Of a DNA stretch of 64,000 bases, positions 11,236 through 20,058 are shown piece after piece. Position numbers and translations under genes: made by a program. The first letter of the stretch is position 1, and the number at the start of each line of letters is the position of its first letter. The stretch is from sequence record OL956808.1; one strand, 5' to 3'. Source of the stretch: Escherichia phage vB_EcoM-S1P5QW. The notes beneath the pieces are model-generated. The model was not told the origin of the DNA, did no database searches, and was given only the letters and a program-made list of their open reading frames with translations.

Positions 11236-11349
11236 AATTTGTGACAACTGTCACATTAATATCTACTTGACGCGATTATCGGGGTTGAACTGATCACTCT
11301 TCTCTTAATTTCGTGTGAAGACATCTTGATTGTTGGAGTAGGTATTAAT

Positions 11350-11425
11350 GTGGCCGTAGTTCAGTTGGTAGAACTCGAGATTGTGATTCTCGTAGTCATG
11401 GGTTCGACTCCCATCGGTCACCCCA
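11350..11425 (+). tRNA. tRNA-His (anticodon GUG)
   Basis: anticodon loop TTGTGAT, discriminator C73 then CCA, T-arm ATGGGTTCGACTCCCAT. Confidence 0.7.
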
Positions 11426-11429
11426 ATTA

Positions 11430-11505
11430 CGGGGCATAGCTCAGAAGGAAGAGCAAGGACCTTCTAAGTCCTGGGTCGTAGGTTCGATCCCTACTGCCTC
11501 GACCA
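11430..11505 (+). tRNA. tRNA-Arg (anticodon UCU)
   Basis: anticodon loop CTTCTAA, T-arm GTAGGTTCGATCCCTAC, CCA encoded. Confidence 0.8.
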
Positions 11506-11820
11506 AACAAGAAGCCGGGTCGCTACCGGTAAGTCGTCGGACTGATGTTCCCTGGGTAAGGACTGGCATTAACAAATCTTTACGATCGGTTAATGCCCCC
11601 TTACATCACAGCAGAAACGGCGCACCGAATTATCGATTCGAGGAAATATCTTTGCCGTAAGCCGAGTAGCGTTTTTGACGGAACGTTCGGATATGGTCGA
11701 GATATGGCCTTTTAAAATATTAAGTAGCGTCAACTGCTTAATAACCGGGTTCGAATCCCGGCGTTTCGTACAAACACTTGCCTTAGCAGGTGGAACCCCG
11801 ACAAGGTTGCCGCAAGGCTT
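11506..11820 (+). ncRNA. candidate small stable RNA region (T4 species 1/2, RNA C/D-like)
   Basis: ~300 nt without convincing ORF, relatively GC-rich, contains tRNA-like T-arm CCGGGTTCGAATCCCGG, ends at a hairpin terminator. Confidence 0.35.
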
Positions 11821-11848
11821 AGCCCCGACCGAAAGGTTGGGGCTTTTT
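11821..11848 (+). terminator. intrinsic terminator hairpin plus T-run
   Basis: GCCCCGACCGAAAGGTTGGGGC followed by TTTTT. Confidence 0.7.
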
Positions 11849-11850
11849 AG

Positions 11851-11858
11851 TATAAATA
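11851..11858 (+). promoter_or_regulatory. late promoter TATAAATA
   Basis: exact octamer 37 nt upstream of the 11895 ORF. Confidence 0.5.
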
Positions 11859-11894
11859 AGTATATTAAAACCACGAATTAAAACAGGAAATAAG

Positions 11895-12368
11895 ATGAAA
11901 TCATATGCTCAATTTTTAAATGAAGCGGTGTTAAATGAAGCATCTAGCACCGAAATTCAAGCCGTTGCAAAAGCTGCCATTGCCGCGGGTAAATATTCCT
12001 ATAAAGATGCTTCTGATGAGTCACGATTCCAATTTGCTCGCGATATGAAAGCGGAAGGATTTACAGGGAATGCAGTTAGTATGGCCTGGAAAAGTCTAGT
12101 TGCTACTGGAGCTGCTTTTGCAAAGGCTTCGGGTAAACCTGCTCCTAAAGCAGATCCTAAAGTCACACAAGAGAAAAATATTGTTAAAGGAATTATCTCC
12201 AAATATGAAGCTATCCTTAAAGAGCTTTTAGTAATCAAAACTGAAGGCCAAAAACTGGCTCGTGCTTATAGTTTCAAAGATAACCCACATGCTCACTCTC
12301 TTGAGTATGTTGAAGACATCCAAAAAATTATTAAAGACCGCATTTGGTCTGCTAAACAAATCAAATAA
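11895..12368 (+). CDS. internal-protein-like protein (degenerate capsid targeting sequence)
   Basis: 157 aa, N-terminus MKSYAQFLNEA resembles CTS; Ala/Lys-rich. Confidence 0.55.
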   Translation: MKSYAQFLNEAVLNEASSTEIQAVAKAAIAAGKYSYKDASDESRFQFARDMKAEGFTGNAVSMAWKSLVATGAAFAKASGKPAPKADPKVTQEKNIVKGIISKYEAILKELLVIKTEGQKLARAYSFKDNPHAHSLEYVEDIQKIIKDRIWSAKQIK

Positions 12369-12375
12369 CATTCTT

Positions 12376-12403
12376 AGCCCCGACAGAAAGGTTGGGGCTT
12401 TTT
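12376..12403 (+). terminator. intrinsic terminator hairpin plus T-run
   Basis: AGCCCCGACAGAAAGGTTGGGGCT then TTTTT; near-duplicate of the 11821 hairpin. Confidence 0.7.
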
Positions 12404-12499
12404 GGCATCTAGGCTTTTCCGGGCCTCTCTAGGCATCATTTAGTTTATATCCTTTATAATATATTATCCTATCCTTTGATTTCCCCTCCCTGCCCTAGA

Positions 12500-12597
12500 A
12501 TTCCCTAAAACTTTTTAAAAATTTTTTCACAAAACTGTTTACATCCCTGTTCTTCCATGGTACTATATAACTATCAACTACTGATACAGAAAACAAC
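12500..12597 (+). repeat. promoter/stem-loop cassette (PeSL-like) copy
   Basis: ATTCCCTAAAA...TTTCACAAAACTGTTTACA...CTGTTCTTCCATGGTACTATA: ~85% identical to 54297-54386. Confidence 0.6.
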
Positions 12598-12873
12598 TTG
12601 GAGAACGAAATGGATAATTACGGCGAACTGTTCAACTTCTTTATGAAATGTGTTTCAGAAGATTTCGGTCGTACAGTGAATGATATTAAAGTTATCGGTC
12701 CTGATCATCCGATGTTTGAAACTTATGCGGTAATGGGCAATGAAGACGGTCAGTGGTATACTGTAAAGGTTGTGATTAACATGTTCACTGCTGAAAGTTA
12801 TGTTAAACTGTCTTCTAAAGTTTACCATGATAACGACGAAATCGCAGAAGAATATTTCAATAATATGAAATAA
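12598..12873 (+). CDS. hypothetical protein
   Basis: 91-aa ORF downstream of early promoter cassette. Confidence 0.5.
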   Translation: MENEMDNYGELFNFFMKCVSEDFGRTVNDIKVIGPDHPMFETYAVMGNEDGQWYTVKVVINMFTAESYVKLSSKVYHDNDEIAEEYFNNMK

Positions 12874-12903
12874 GTTTACATAGGCTCATGATTGAGATAT
12901 TAT
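12874..12903 (+). promoter_or_regulatory. early promoter with stem-loop
   Basis: GTTTACA then inverted repeat TAGGCTCAT...ATGAGCCTA spanning the -10. Confidence 0.5.
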
Positions 12904-12929
12904 GAGCCTATAACTTTGAGGAGAACATA

Positions 12930-13328
12930 ATGAATATTAAAGATAAAGAAATGCGAGAGTTATATAATTCATTAACACCCGAACAACAAAAATCTGTTAA
13001 AGAATTAGAGAAAGCTCTTAGTTTAAGCTTGACAAAAACTGATTGGGTCGCCGTGTATGAAGAAAAAATGAGATCGGAAAATGAAGCTGTCGAGAGAAAT
13101 GAATGGATTGTAGACACCAAGATTGGTGATGATGGATGTTCTGTTGAGGTGTCAGCTGTAGTTAAAGGTACTCATGGCGAAGAATCATGGGGTTGGCATA
13201 ATGAGGCAAACAAATATATTGTTCTCTCAACGTCAAAAACTTATGGTCAAAAGGTTCCTGTATCCAAAGCTATTATTAAGCAAGCTCAATGGGAAGCCAA
13301 TGAAATCTGCCTCGCAAAAATGAAATAA
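12930..13328 (+). CDS. hypothetical protein
   Basis: 132 aa, RBS GAGGAGAA. Confidence 0.55.
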   Translation: MNIKDKEMRELYNSLTPEQQKSVKELEKALSLSLTKTDWVAVYEEKMRSENEAVERNEWIVDTKIGDDGCSVEVSAVVKGTHGEESWGWHNEANKYIVLSTSKTYGQKVPVSKAIIKQAQWEANEICLAKMK

Positions 13329-13331
13329 CAT

Positions 13332-13361
13332 GTTTACAAACTCTCGGGAGTAGAGTATAAT
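13332..13361 (+). promoter_or_regulatory. early promoter with stem-loop
   Basis: GTTTACA...GGGAGTAGAGTATAATACTCCC (TATAAT inside hairpin loop). Confidence 0.5.
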
Positions 13362-13405
13362 ACTCCCACGGATTATAAAACCCTTAATTAACTAAAGGAA
13401 ATGCT

Positions 13406-13999
13406 ATGAACATGCTGAAGAAAATTGTTGAGTTTATTCGCACTAAACTTGGTTCTGCTATGGCTAAAAATCTATCTGTTGAAGAGCAGTATACTGCCGC
13501 AGCAGCAAAACTACTTGATAAAATTAAAGATCTAAAAACTGCTTCTGTTAAATCTATTAATGAAGAAAAGCGTATTCGTGAACTTATTGTCGAAAAGAAT
13601 CGACAGGCCGAATCAAAAGAGCGTGAAATTCGCAAGCTTCTTTCGGAAGGTCAAGATGTAACAATGCATGCTAAACTTGGTTTACTATATCGTCGAACAG
13701 CTGAGCAGTTGACTACTAAAGCTGATGGTTATGCTGAAATGCGAATTGAAATCGCCAAGAAAGTAGTTGAGTTAGATGATGCTCGCCAAGAACTTGCAGT
13801 TAAATTGGAATATATCCGTGAAACTCGCGCCGCGAATGCCCTCGGAATTAGTACTGCTGATGATGTAGTTGAAATTGCAGCACTGACTAAGGTTGATATT
13901 GAAGATACTCTTGCTCGAGTTGAAACCTTTAATGGCAATATTTCTGGGGTTGAAACTACCTCTGCCGATGTTCAGGAATACATTAATTCTCTGAAATAA
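13406..13999 (+). CDS. coiled-coil protein
   Basis: 197 aa, heptad-rich throughout; a PspA/IM30 resemblance was considered but is not convincing. Confidence 0.5.
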   Translation: MNMLKKIVEFIRTKLGSAMAKNLSVEEQYTAAAAKLLDKIKDLKTASVKSINEEKRIRELIVEKNRQAESKEREIRKLLSEGQDVTMHAKLGLLYRRTAEQLTTKADGYAEMRIEIAKKVVELDDARQELAVKLEYIRETRAANALGISTADDVVEIAALTKVDIEDTLARVETFNGNISGVETTSADVQEYINSLK

Positions 14000-14005
14000 T
14001 GATAA

Positions 14006-14024
14006 GGGGCTTCGGCCCCTATTA
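14006..14024 (+). terminator. GGGGCTTCGGCCCC hairpin
   Basis: perfect 5-bp GC stem with UUCG tetraloop after stop codon. Confidence 0.55.
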
Positions 14025-14040
14025 CTTGGAGTAAGTAGGA

Positions 14041-14646
14041 ATGAAAATGCAAAGTGATTTCAATTCAATGTTTGAAGAGTTCCAAAGACAGGTTGATGTT
14101 CCAGACCAATTATTAAATGCTCTTAAACGTATGGCAGAAGGACGTAATTATTATTGGGGTTCTTCATATGAAACTGATGAAAGTCTTTCTGGATTTTATA
14201 AAGGTAAAAAGTCTTTAATACGTCCTGGAATACTTATTAACAGTATTGAATCAATTCATTCATTAACATGTGATTTTGATGTTGAATTTACTGATTTCAT
14301 TTCTCCTGAATGGACAGTATGTTATTTAAACGACGATTATGATTATCTTGGCGTTTACAGTTTAAGTGACGCATGGTTTAAACGTAATTTACAAAAGTCA
14401 AATTTGTTCTATATTGATACTACGGTAAAATTTCAGGGAAAGAAATATTTCTTTACTCTTATAGTTGACTCTGAAACAAAATATGAAAATAAGCGTATTC
14501 TTAATAAAAAGAATATCTTAACTATCGTTGATGATCTTTTTGATAAATTCGTGGAAAATCCTAATTTTGAAAGCGATTTATTATTAGAAAAATTTGTTAA
14601 GGAATGTAGAGAATATGTCAAAGCCATCACTATACCTTCCAAGTAA
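14041..14646 (+). CDS. hypothetical protein (first of tandem family with C-terminal FVxECR motif)
   Basis: 201 aa; C-terminus EKFVKECREY. Confidence 0.5.
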   Translation: MKMQSDFNSMFEEFQRQVDVPDQLLNALKRMAEGRNYYWGSSYETDESLSGFYKGKKSLIRPGILINSIESIHSLTCDFDVEFTDFISPEWTVCYLNDDYDYLGVYSLSDAWFKRNLQKSNLFYIDTTVKFQGKKYFFTLIVDSETKYENKRILNKKNILTIVDDLFDKFVENPNFESDLLLEKFVKECREYVKAITIPSK

Positions 14647-15007
14647 ACCCTTAAAGTATGAACTAAAGCGTCAGCTAATTCCTACTGATGTATTAATAGG
14701 TCCTGTGACAGCTATATCATTTGTAATTCTATTGGTTGTTGGAATGGTTATAGACTTTATGACTGATATTGAATCTGGCGTAATATTTTTGTTAGTATTA
14801 ATTCTTCCATTAGTAGTTCCATTTTTATTGGTACCTGTAAATTGGGTAGGATATTGGTATCAAGGAAGACATTATCGTAAACGTGTACGTGAATGGAAAG
14901 CTCAGTGTAAAAAGATTAAAAAGGAACACCAGCTTAAATTAGATATGCATGAATTTAACGAAATTATGAAATTTGTTAAGGAATCACGATGCAAAAGCCA
15001 AAACTAA
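14615..15007 (+). CDS. small membrane protein (tandem family)
   Basis: 130 aa from ATG 14615; hydrophobic N-terminal half, C-terminus KFVKESRCK. Confidence 0.5.
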   Translation: MSKPSLYLPSKPLKYELKRQLIPTDVLIGPVTAISFVILLVVGMVIDFMTDIESGVIFLLVLILPLVVPFLLVPVNWVGYWYQGRHYRKRVREWKAQCKKIKKEHQLKLDMHEFNEIMKFVKESRCKSQN

Positions 15008-15363
15008 ATAAAGTCAAATATTCTTTTTCTGAGTCATTTTTAATTTTTGCTGTGGCGTTGGCTGCAGCTCTTGCTGGTAGTCTTATTGGATTAATGATTG
15101 ACTGTATTATTTTAAACATCCGCAGTAATGTCAGCGGTATAGTAGATATAATAGAAGTTTGGAGTGAACTTCATTATACTATAGCGATTTCATTATTTTC
15201 ATTCTTTGGTATTATTTTATATTTTCATTATGATAATTTTAAAATAAATTGGCAAAGAAAAAAGGATTACAAAATACAATTAAAAGAATATAATAACTAC
15301 ATGTCTTATATTGAAAATGAATCAATGAAAGAATTCGTGAATGATTGTAGGAAAATCAAATGA
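14989..15363 (+). CDS. small membrane protein (tandem family)
   Basis: 124 aa; hydrophobic segments, C-terminus EFVNDCRKIK. Confidence 0.5.
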   Translation: MQKPKLNKVKYSFSESFLIFAVALAAALAGSLIGLMIDCIILNIRSNVSGIVDIIEVWSELHYTIAISLFSFFGIILYFHYDNFKINWQRKKDYKIQLKEYNNYMSYIENESMKEFVNDCRKIK

Positions 15364-15848
15364 TTTTAAAAACTCGCTGGTATGATTTAGATGATGGGGA
15401 TGATGGCATTTCAGTTGATAGAGTTGACTGGAATGGCTGTTCCGAAGATATGAAAAATTTGCTGATTAGGGAGTTTAGAATGGGATATCAACCAGTTAAG
15501 CCATCTACTGCAACAGATGATAAATTCGTGTGTATTCATAATGGTCGCGCTAAATTAACGAACACTGATTGGTTCACAGATAAGATTATGATTCTGTGGT
15601 ATATTATTAGTTTTCCTGTGACATCATTTGTATTTTGCTTCTTTGGAGAAAGTCCAGTAGACAGAACGGGAGATTGGATTATTTTAACCATACTTGTTAA
15701 TATTTTTACAGCAGCAATATTATCTGGGATATGGTACACGTTCATTGAAATGCCATGGCGTTTACGTAGGCAGCAAAAGATTTTTGATGAAAAGAAATAT
15801 ACTCAAAATTTAAATAATTTTATCACCGAATGCAGGAAATTAAAATGA
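15360..15848 (+). CDS. small membrane protein (tandem family)
   Basis: 162 aa; hydrophobic segments, C-terminus NFITECRKLK. Confidence 0.5.
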   Translation: MILKTRWYDLDDGDDGISVDRVDWNGCSEDMKNLLIREFRMGYQPVKPSTATDDKFVCIHNGRAKLTNTDWFTDKIMILWYIISFPVTSFVFCFFGESPVDRTGDWIILTILVNIFTAAILSGIWYTFIEMPWRLRRQQKIFDEKKYTQNLNNFITECRKLK

Positions 15849-16285
15849 AAACATTATCAGCTGGTATTATCTTTATGACAGAAGATAAAGATTTATTCAT
15901 GGGACGGGTTACTGGTTCTCGTAAGCCTGGAATGATGGCACATCGCTGGGATATTCCAAAAGGCCGTGTAGAAAATTCTGATTTGAGCGCACTAGATGCA
16001 GCACGAAGAGAATGCTTAGAAGAGACCGGTTTTAGCAATTATAATCCAGACCTTCTAGAAGACCTAGGTGTATTTAAATATTCTAGTAATAAAGACTTAC
16101 AGCTGTTTTATTATACGATTCCAGTAGAGCATGAGATGTTTAGAAATTGCCATTGCGAGTCTTATTTTGAAAATAAAGATGGTGTTATGATTCCAGAGAT
16201 GGATGCTTTTGCTCTTATTCCTCGTACTCAGTGGCAATATGTGATGGGTCCTTCACTTTACCGAATAATGAACAGCCTCTTTTAA
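15845..16285 (+). CDS. nudE: Nudix hydrolase NudE
   Basis: Nudix box around DAARRECLEETGF; directly upstream of lysozyme e as in T4; start at ATG 15845 after AGGAAA. Confidence 0.8.
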   Translation: MKTLSAGIIFMTEDKDLFMGRVTGSRKPGMMAHRWDIPKGRVENSDLSALDAARRECLEETGFSNYNPDLLEDLGVFKYSSNKDLQLFYYTIPVEHEMFRNCHCESYFENKDGVMIPEMDAFALIPRTQWQYVMGPSLYRIMNSLF

Positions 16286-16816
<531 letters not shown>

Positions 16817-16910
16817 AGTTATTTACTTTCTCCTAGAATTGTGATAGTATATTCACAGTTACTTGAAGAGATAAATTATTAATTAAAATATTTACATTTA
16901 AAGGATACAC

Positions 16911-17384
16911 ATGAAAACATATCAAGAATTTATTACTGAAGCAGCTATTAATTCTCAAATTATTGCTGAATCTTTTACTGATCTTTTGAAATTTAAAAAA
17001 GGACAGAAAATCACTGCTGTACTGGATGATGGTACAGAAGTTGAGATGGATGTACAGGGATATAATTATGCAGTAGATGGAAAACTGTATAATAAATCTC
17101 ATGCTAAATTTGATTCATTTGACGACTTTGTTAATACAGTTGAAGATGAAAAAACTCGTCGATCCATTGCAACAGGTGATGCTAAGGTTCTTATGGCACA
17201 TGGTCATGAACGTATTCGCGCTAAACAGAATAAAATGGGTGAAGATAATTTTGCATTAGTTGGTTATCAATCTGGTAAACAAACTTATGGCTATCAACGT
17301 ACTGCTACCATGTATAACAAAAATGGTAAAATTGCCTTTGTGAATAGTAAAGGTTCTATTCAGTACGTTAAATCGTTCAAATAA
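16911..17384 (+). CDS. internal protein with capsid targeting sequence
   Basis: N-terminus MKTYQEFITEA matches T4 internal-protein CTS; 157 aa. Confidence 0.7.
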   Translation: MKTYQEFITEAAINSQIIAESFTDLLKFKKGQKITAVLDDGTEVEMDVQGYNYAVDGKLYNKSHAKFDSFDDFVNTVEDEKTRRSIATGDAKVLMAHGHERIRAKQNKMGEDNFALVGYQSGKQTYGYQRTATMYNKNGKIAFVNSKGSIQYVKSFK

Positions 17385-17537
17385 GCAAATAAGAAATATG
17401 GGAACAACCTGGACCTCATGATTCTGTGAGGGATTCCCGCCAACCTGTAATAAGGTCGAGCCCAAGTGCGGTAATGGGTAAATACAGAAATGGACAATTC
17501 ATGCGCCACGGAATGGCCCAAACCTAGAGAGAATAAA

Positions 17538-18077
17538 ATGAGAACATTTTTAACTGGTCCTTATCTATCCCTGATGAATGCTTTTACACACCATTCTGAT
17601 GCTAGAGTAGAAGAAATTTGTAAAAACGAATATATCCCGCCATTTGAAGAATTACTTAAACAGTATTGCACACTTCGACTAGATGGTGGACGTCAATCCG
17701 GTAAATCAATTGCTGTGACTAACTTTGCTGCTAATTGGTTGTATGATGGCGGAACAGTTATCGTTCTTTCTAATACTTCAGCTTACGCTAAAATTTCTGC
17801 AAATAACATTAAAAAGGAATTTTCGCGTTATTCTAATGATGATATACGTTTTCGTTTATTTACTGATTCTGTGCGCAGTTTTATTGGTAATAAAGGAAGC
17901 AAGTTCAGAGGTTTATCGCTTTCGCGAATTTTGTATATAATTGATGAGCCTGTCAAATCTCCTGATATGGATAAGATTTATAGTGTCCATATTGAGACTG
18001 TACACTACTGCTGTAATAGTAAATGTTGTATTGGTGGTATTACTCGTCCACAGTTTTTCGTAATCGGAATGCAATGA
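17538..18077 (+). CDS. small P-loop NTPase-like protein
   Basis: 179 aa from ATG 17538 (RBS GAGAGAA); Walker-A-like GGRQSGKS and Walker-B-like ILYIIDE. Confidence 0.5.
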   Translation: MRTFLTGPYLSLMNAFTHHSDARVEEICKNEYIPPFEELLKQYCTLRLDGGRQSGKSIAVTNFAANWLYDGGTVIVLSNTSAYAKISANNIKKEFSRYSNDDIRFRLFTDSVRSFIGNKGSKFRGLSLSRILYIIDEPVKSPDMDKIYSVHIETVHYCCNSKCCIGGITRPQFFVIGMQ

Positions 18078-18403
18078 TGACAGACACTCAGCTTTTCGAA
18101 TATCTTTATTTTTCGCCAAAAACTATTAAAAATAAATTGGTGAATCATTTTGAAATTTTGGCAAATAACAACGTCTTGAGCGAATTTTATCCTAAGCAAT
18201 ACAAATTACAAAAAGGCGTATTCAAAGGATGCAGAGTTTTGTGTACTGCTCCTAATGCACGGCTAATGAATAAAATTCCATATTTTACCATGGAATTTAT
18301 TGATGGTCCTTTTAAAGGACTAATCACCCAAAGTTTAATGGCATATGATTCTGAGCCATTTTTAATTAAAGAACAATCTTGGATAAATTTATTTTCTAAT
18401 TGA
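18074..18403 (+). CDS. hypothetical protein
   Basis: 109 aa; start ATG overlaps upstream stop (ATGATGA). Confidence 0.5.
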   Translation: MMTDTQLFEYLYFSPKTIKNKLVNHFEILANNNVLSEFYPKQYKLQKGVFKGCRVLCTAPNARLMNKIPYFTMEFIDGPFKGLITQSLMAYDSEPFLIKEQSWINLFSN

Positions 18404-18409
18404 GGTTAT

Positions 18410-18772
18410 ATGAAAGCATATCAAATTCTTGAAGGCACACATAAAGGTACTATTTATTTTGAAGATGGTATTCAAGCACGAATTATTGTCTCTAAAACCT
18501 TTAAAGAGGACTCTTTTGTAGACCCAGAAATTTTCTACGGTTTGCATGCCCGTGAAATTGAAATTGAGCCACAGCCTACAGTTAAAATTGAAGGTGGTCA
18601 ACACCTGAACGTTAACGTTCTGCGTCGTGAAACTCTGGAAGATGCAGTTAAGCATCCGGAAAAATATCCGCAGCTGACCATCCGTGTATCCGGTTATGCA
18701 GTTCGCTTTAACTCTCTGACTCCGGAACAGCAGCGCGACGTTATCGCTCGTACCTTTACTGAGAGTCTGTAA
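18410..18772 (+). CDS. autonomous glycyl radical cofactor (GrcA/YfiD-like; T4 Y06I homolog)
   Basis: C-terminal ~60 aa ([39 protein letters not shown]...) carry the glycyl-radical RVSGY motif and look essentially identical to E. coli GrcA. Confidence 0.85.
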   Translation: MKAYQILEGTHKGTIYFEDGIQARIIVSKTFKEDSFVDPEIFYGLHAREIEIEPQPTVKIEGGQHLNVNVLRRETLEDAVKHPEKYPQLTIRVSGYAVRFNSLTPEQQRDVIARTFTESL

Positions 18773-18993
18773 TGGCAAAGATAATTATTGAAGGTTCTAA
18801 AGATGTGCTAAATGCTTTCGCAGAATGGTTTAGTAATTCAGGCGAACAGCAATTTAATGAAGCCTGGAATATGGGTGATATTGATGGAATTTATCCTACG
18901 ACAGAAATTTCTGTTCAAGGATATGGCATTCATGAACCTATTCGTTTAGTTGAATATGATTTATGCACTGGTGAGGAAGTCAAATATGATTGA
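18772..18993 (+). CDS. hypothetical protein
   Basis: 73-aa ORF, ATGA overlap with upstream gene. Confidence 0.5.
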   Translation: MAKIIIEGSKDVLNAFAEWFSNSGEQQFNEAWNMGDIDGIYPTTEISVQGYGIHEPIRLVEYDLCTGEEVKYD

Positions 18994-19252
18994 AGATATT
19001 AAAGGTTATAAGCCACATACCGACGAAAAAATCGGTAAAGTAAATGCTATTAAAGACGCTGAAGTTCGTTTAGGACTTATCTTTGATGCTTTATACGATG
19101 AATTTTGGGAAGCATTTGATAGCTGTGAAGATGATGAACTCGCGAAGAATTACGCCGAAAGCCTCGATCAGTTAACTATTGCTAAAACGAAACTCAAAGA
19201 AGCCAGTATGTGGGCTTGTCGTGCAGTGTTCCAACCAGAGGAAAAATATTAA
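18986..19252 (+). CDS. hypothetical protein in vs.4 position (possible Acb2-like anti-CBASS sponge)
   Basis: 88 aa; assignment by synteny only (second gene from regB, next to the GrcA-like vs.6 position). Confidence 0.4.
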   Translation: MIEDIKGYKPHTDEKIGKVNAIKDAEVRLGLIFDALYDEFWEAFDSCEDDELAKNYAESLDQLTIAKTKLKEASMWACRAVFQPEEKY

Positions 19253-19530
19253 TGGCTCAATTAAGCGCAGGGTTTGGTTATGAGTATTATACTGCCCCTC
19301 GTCGTGTATCTGCCGCTCCTAAGAAAATTCAAAGTCTTGATGACTTCCAGGAAGTAGTCCGTAAAGCTTTCCAGGACTATGCACGTTATCTTAAAGAAGA
19401 TTCACAGGACTGTCTTGAAGAAGATGAAATTGCTTACTATGAGCAACGTCTTGAACAGCTTAAAAACCTACATGAGGTCCGTGCAGAAGTTTCAAAGTCT
19501 ATGAATAAATTGATTAGATTTAAAGAATAA
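19252..19530 (+). CDS. hypothetical protein
   Basis: 92 aa from ATG 19252. Confidence 0.5.
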   Translation: MAQLSAGFGYEYYTAPRRVSAAPKKIQSLDDFQEVVRKAFQDYARYLKEDSQDCLEEDEIAYYEQRLEQLKNLHEVRAEVSKSMNKLIRFKE

Positions 19531-19532
19531 CT

Positions 19533-19562
19533 GTTTACTTTTCCTCTTGACTGTGGTATAAT
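19533..19562 (+). promoter_or_regulatory. early promoter (GTTTAC ... TGGTATAAT)
   Basis: CTGTTTACTTTTCCTCTTGACTGTGGTATAAT upstream of regB. Confidence 0.6.
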
Positions 19563-19589
19563 TTTTCTATCAGTTAAGAGGAGAATAAC

Positions 19590-20051
19590 ATGACTATCAA
19601 TACAGAAGTTTTTATCCGTCGAAATAAGCTTCGTCGTCACTTTGAGTCGGAGTTTCGTCAAATTAACAATGAGATTCGTGAGGCATCAAAAGCAGCAGGG
19701 GTCTCATCGTTTCATCTAAAATATTCTCAGCATCTTCTTGATCGTGCAATTCAACGGGAGATTGATGAGACATATGTTTTTGAATTATTCCATAAAATAA
19801 AAGACCATGTTTTAGAAGTTAATGAATTCCTGAGTATGCCTCCGCGTCCTGACATTGACGAGGATTTTATTGATGGGGTTGAATATCGTCCTGGACGTTT
19901 AGAAATCACAGATGGAAATCTTTGGCTTGGATTTACGGTTTGTAAGCCTAATGAGAAGTTCAAAAACCCGTCACTTCAATGCAGGATGGCAATTATCAAC
20001 AATCGTCGTTTACCAGGAAAGGCTTCTAAAGCAGTAATTAAAACTCAATGA
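19590..20051 (+). CDS. regB: site-specific RNA endonuclease RegB
   Basis: 153 aa, N-terminus MTINTEVFIRRNKLRRHF as recalled for T4 RegB; RBS GAGGAGA. Confidence 0.85.
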   Translation: MTINTEVFIRRNKLRRHFESEFRQINNEIREASKAAGVSSFHLKYSQHLLDRAIQREIDETYVFELFHKIKDHVLEVNEFLSMPPRPDIDEDFIDGVEYRPGRLEITDGNLWLGFTVCKPNEKFKNPSLQCRMAIINNRRLPGKASKAVIKTQ

Positions 20052-20058
20052 GGTAAGC

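Noticed and set aside
11590-11881. Track ORFs 11590-11874 (minus) and 11675-11881 (plus)
   Set aside because: They fall in the structured non-coding region after tRNA-Arg that ends in a terminator; GC-rich RNA-like sequence without RBS.
13406-13999. Possible PspA/IM30 homology of the 197-aa coiled-coil protein
   Set aside because: Only generic coiled-coil character; no convincing match to conserved PspA N-terminal motifs, so left as a coiled-coil hypothetical.
17385-19590. Looked for endonuclease V (denV) between e and regB
   Set aside because: No ORF in the window resembles the recalled T4 DenV sequence; reported as an absence, not a feature.
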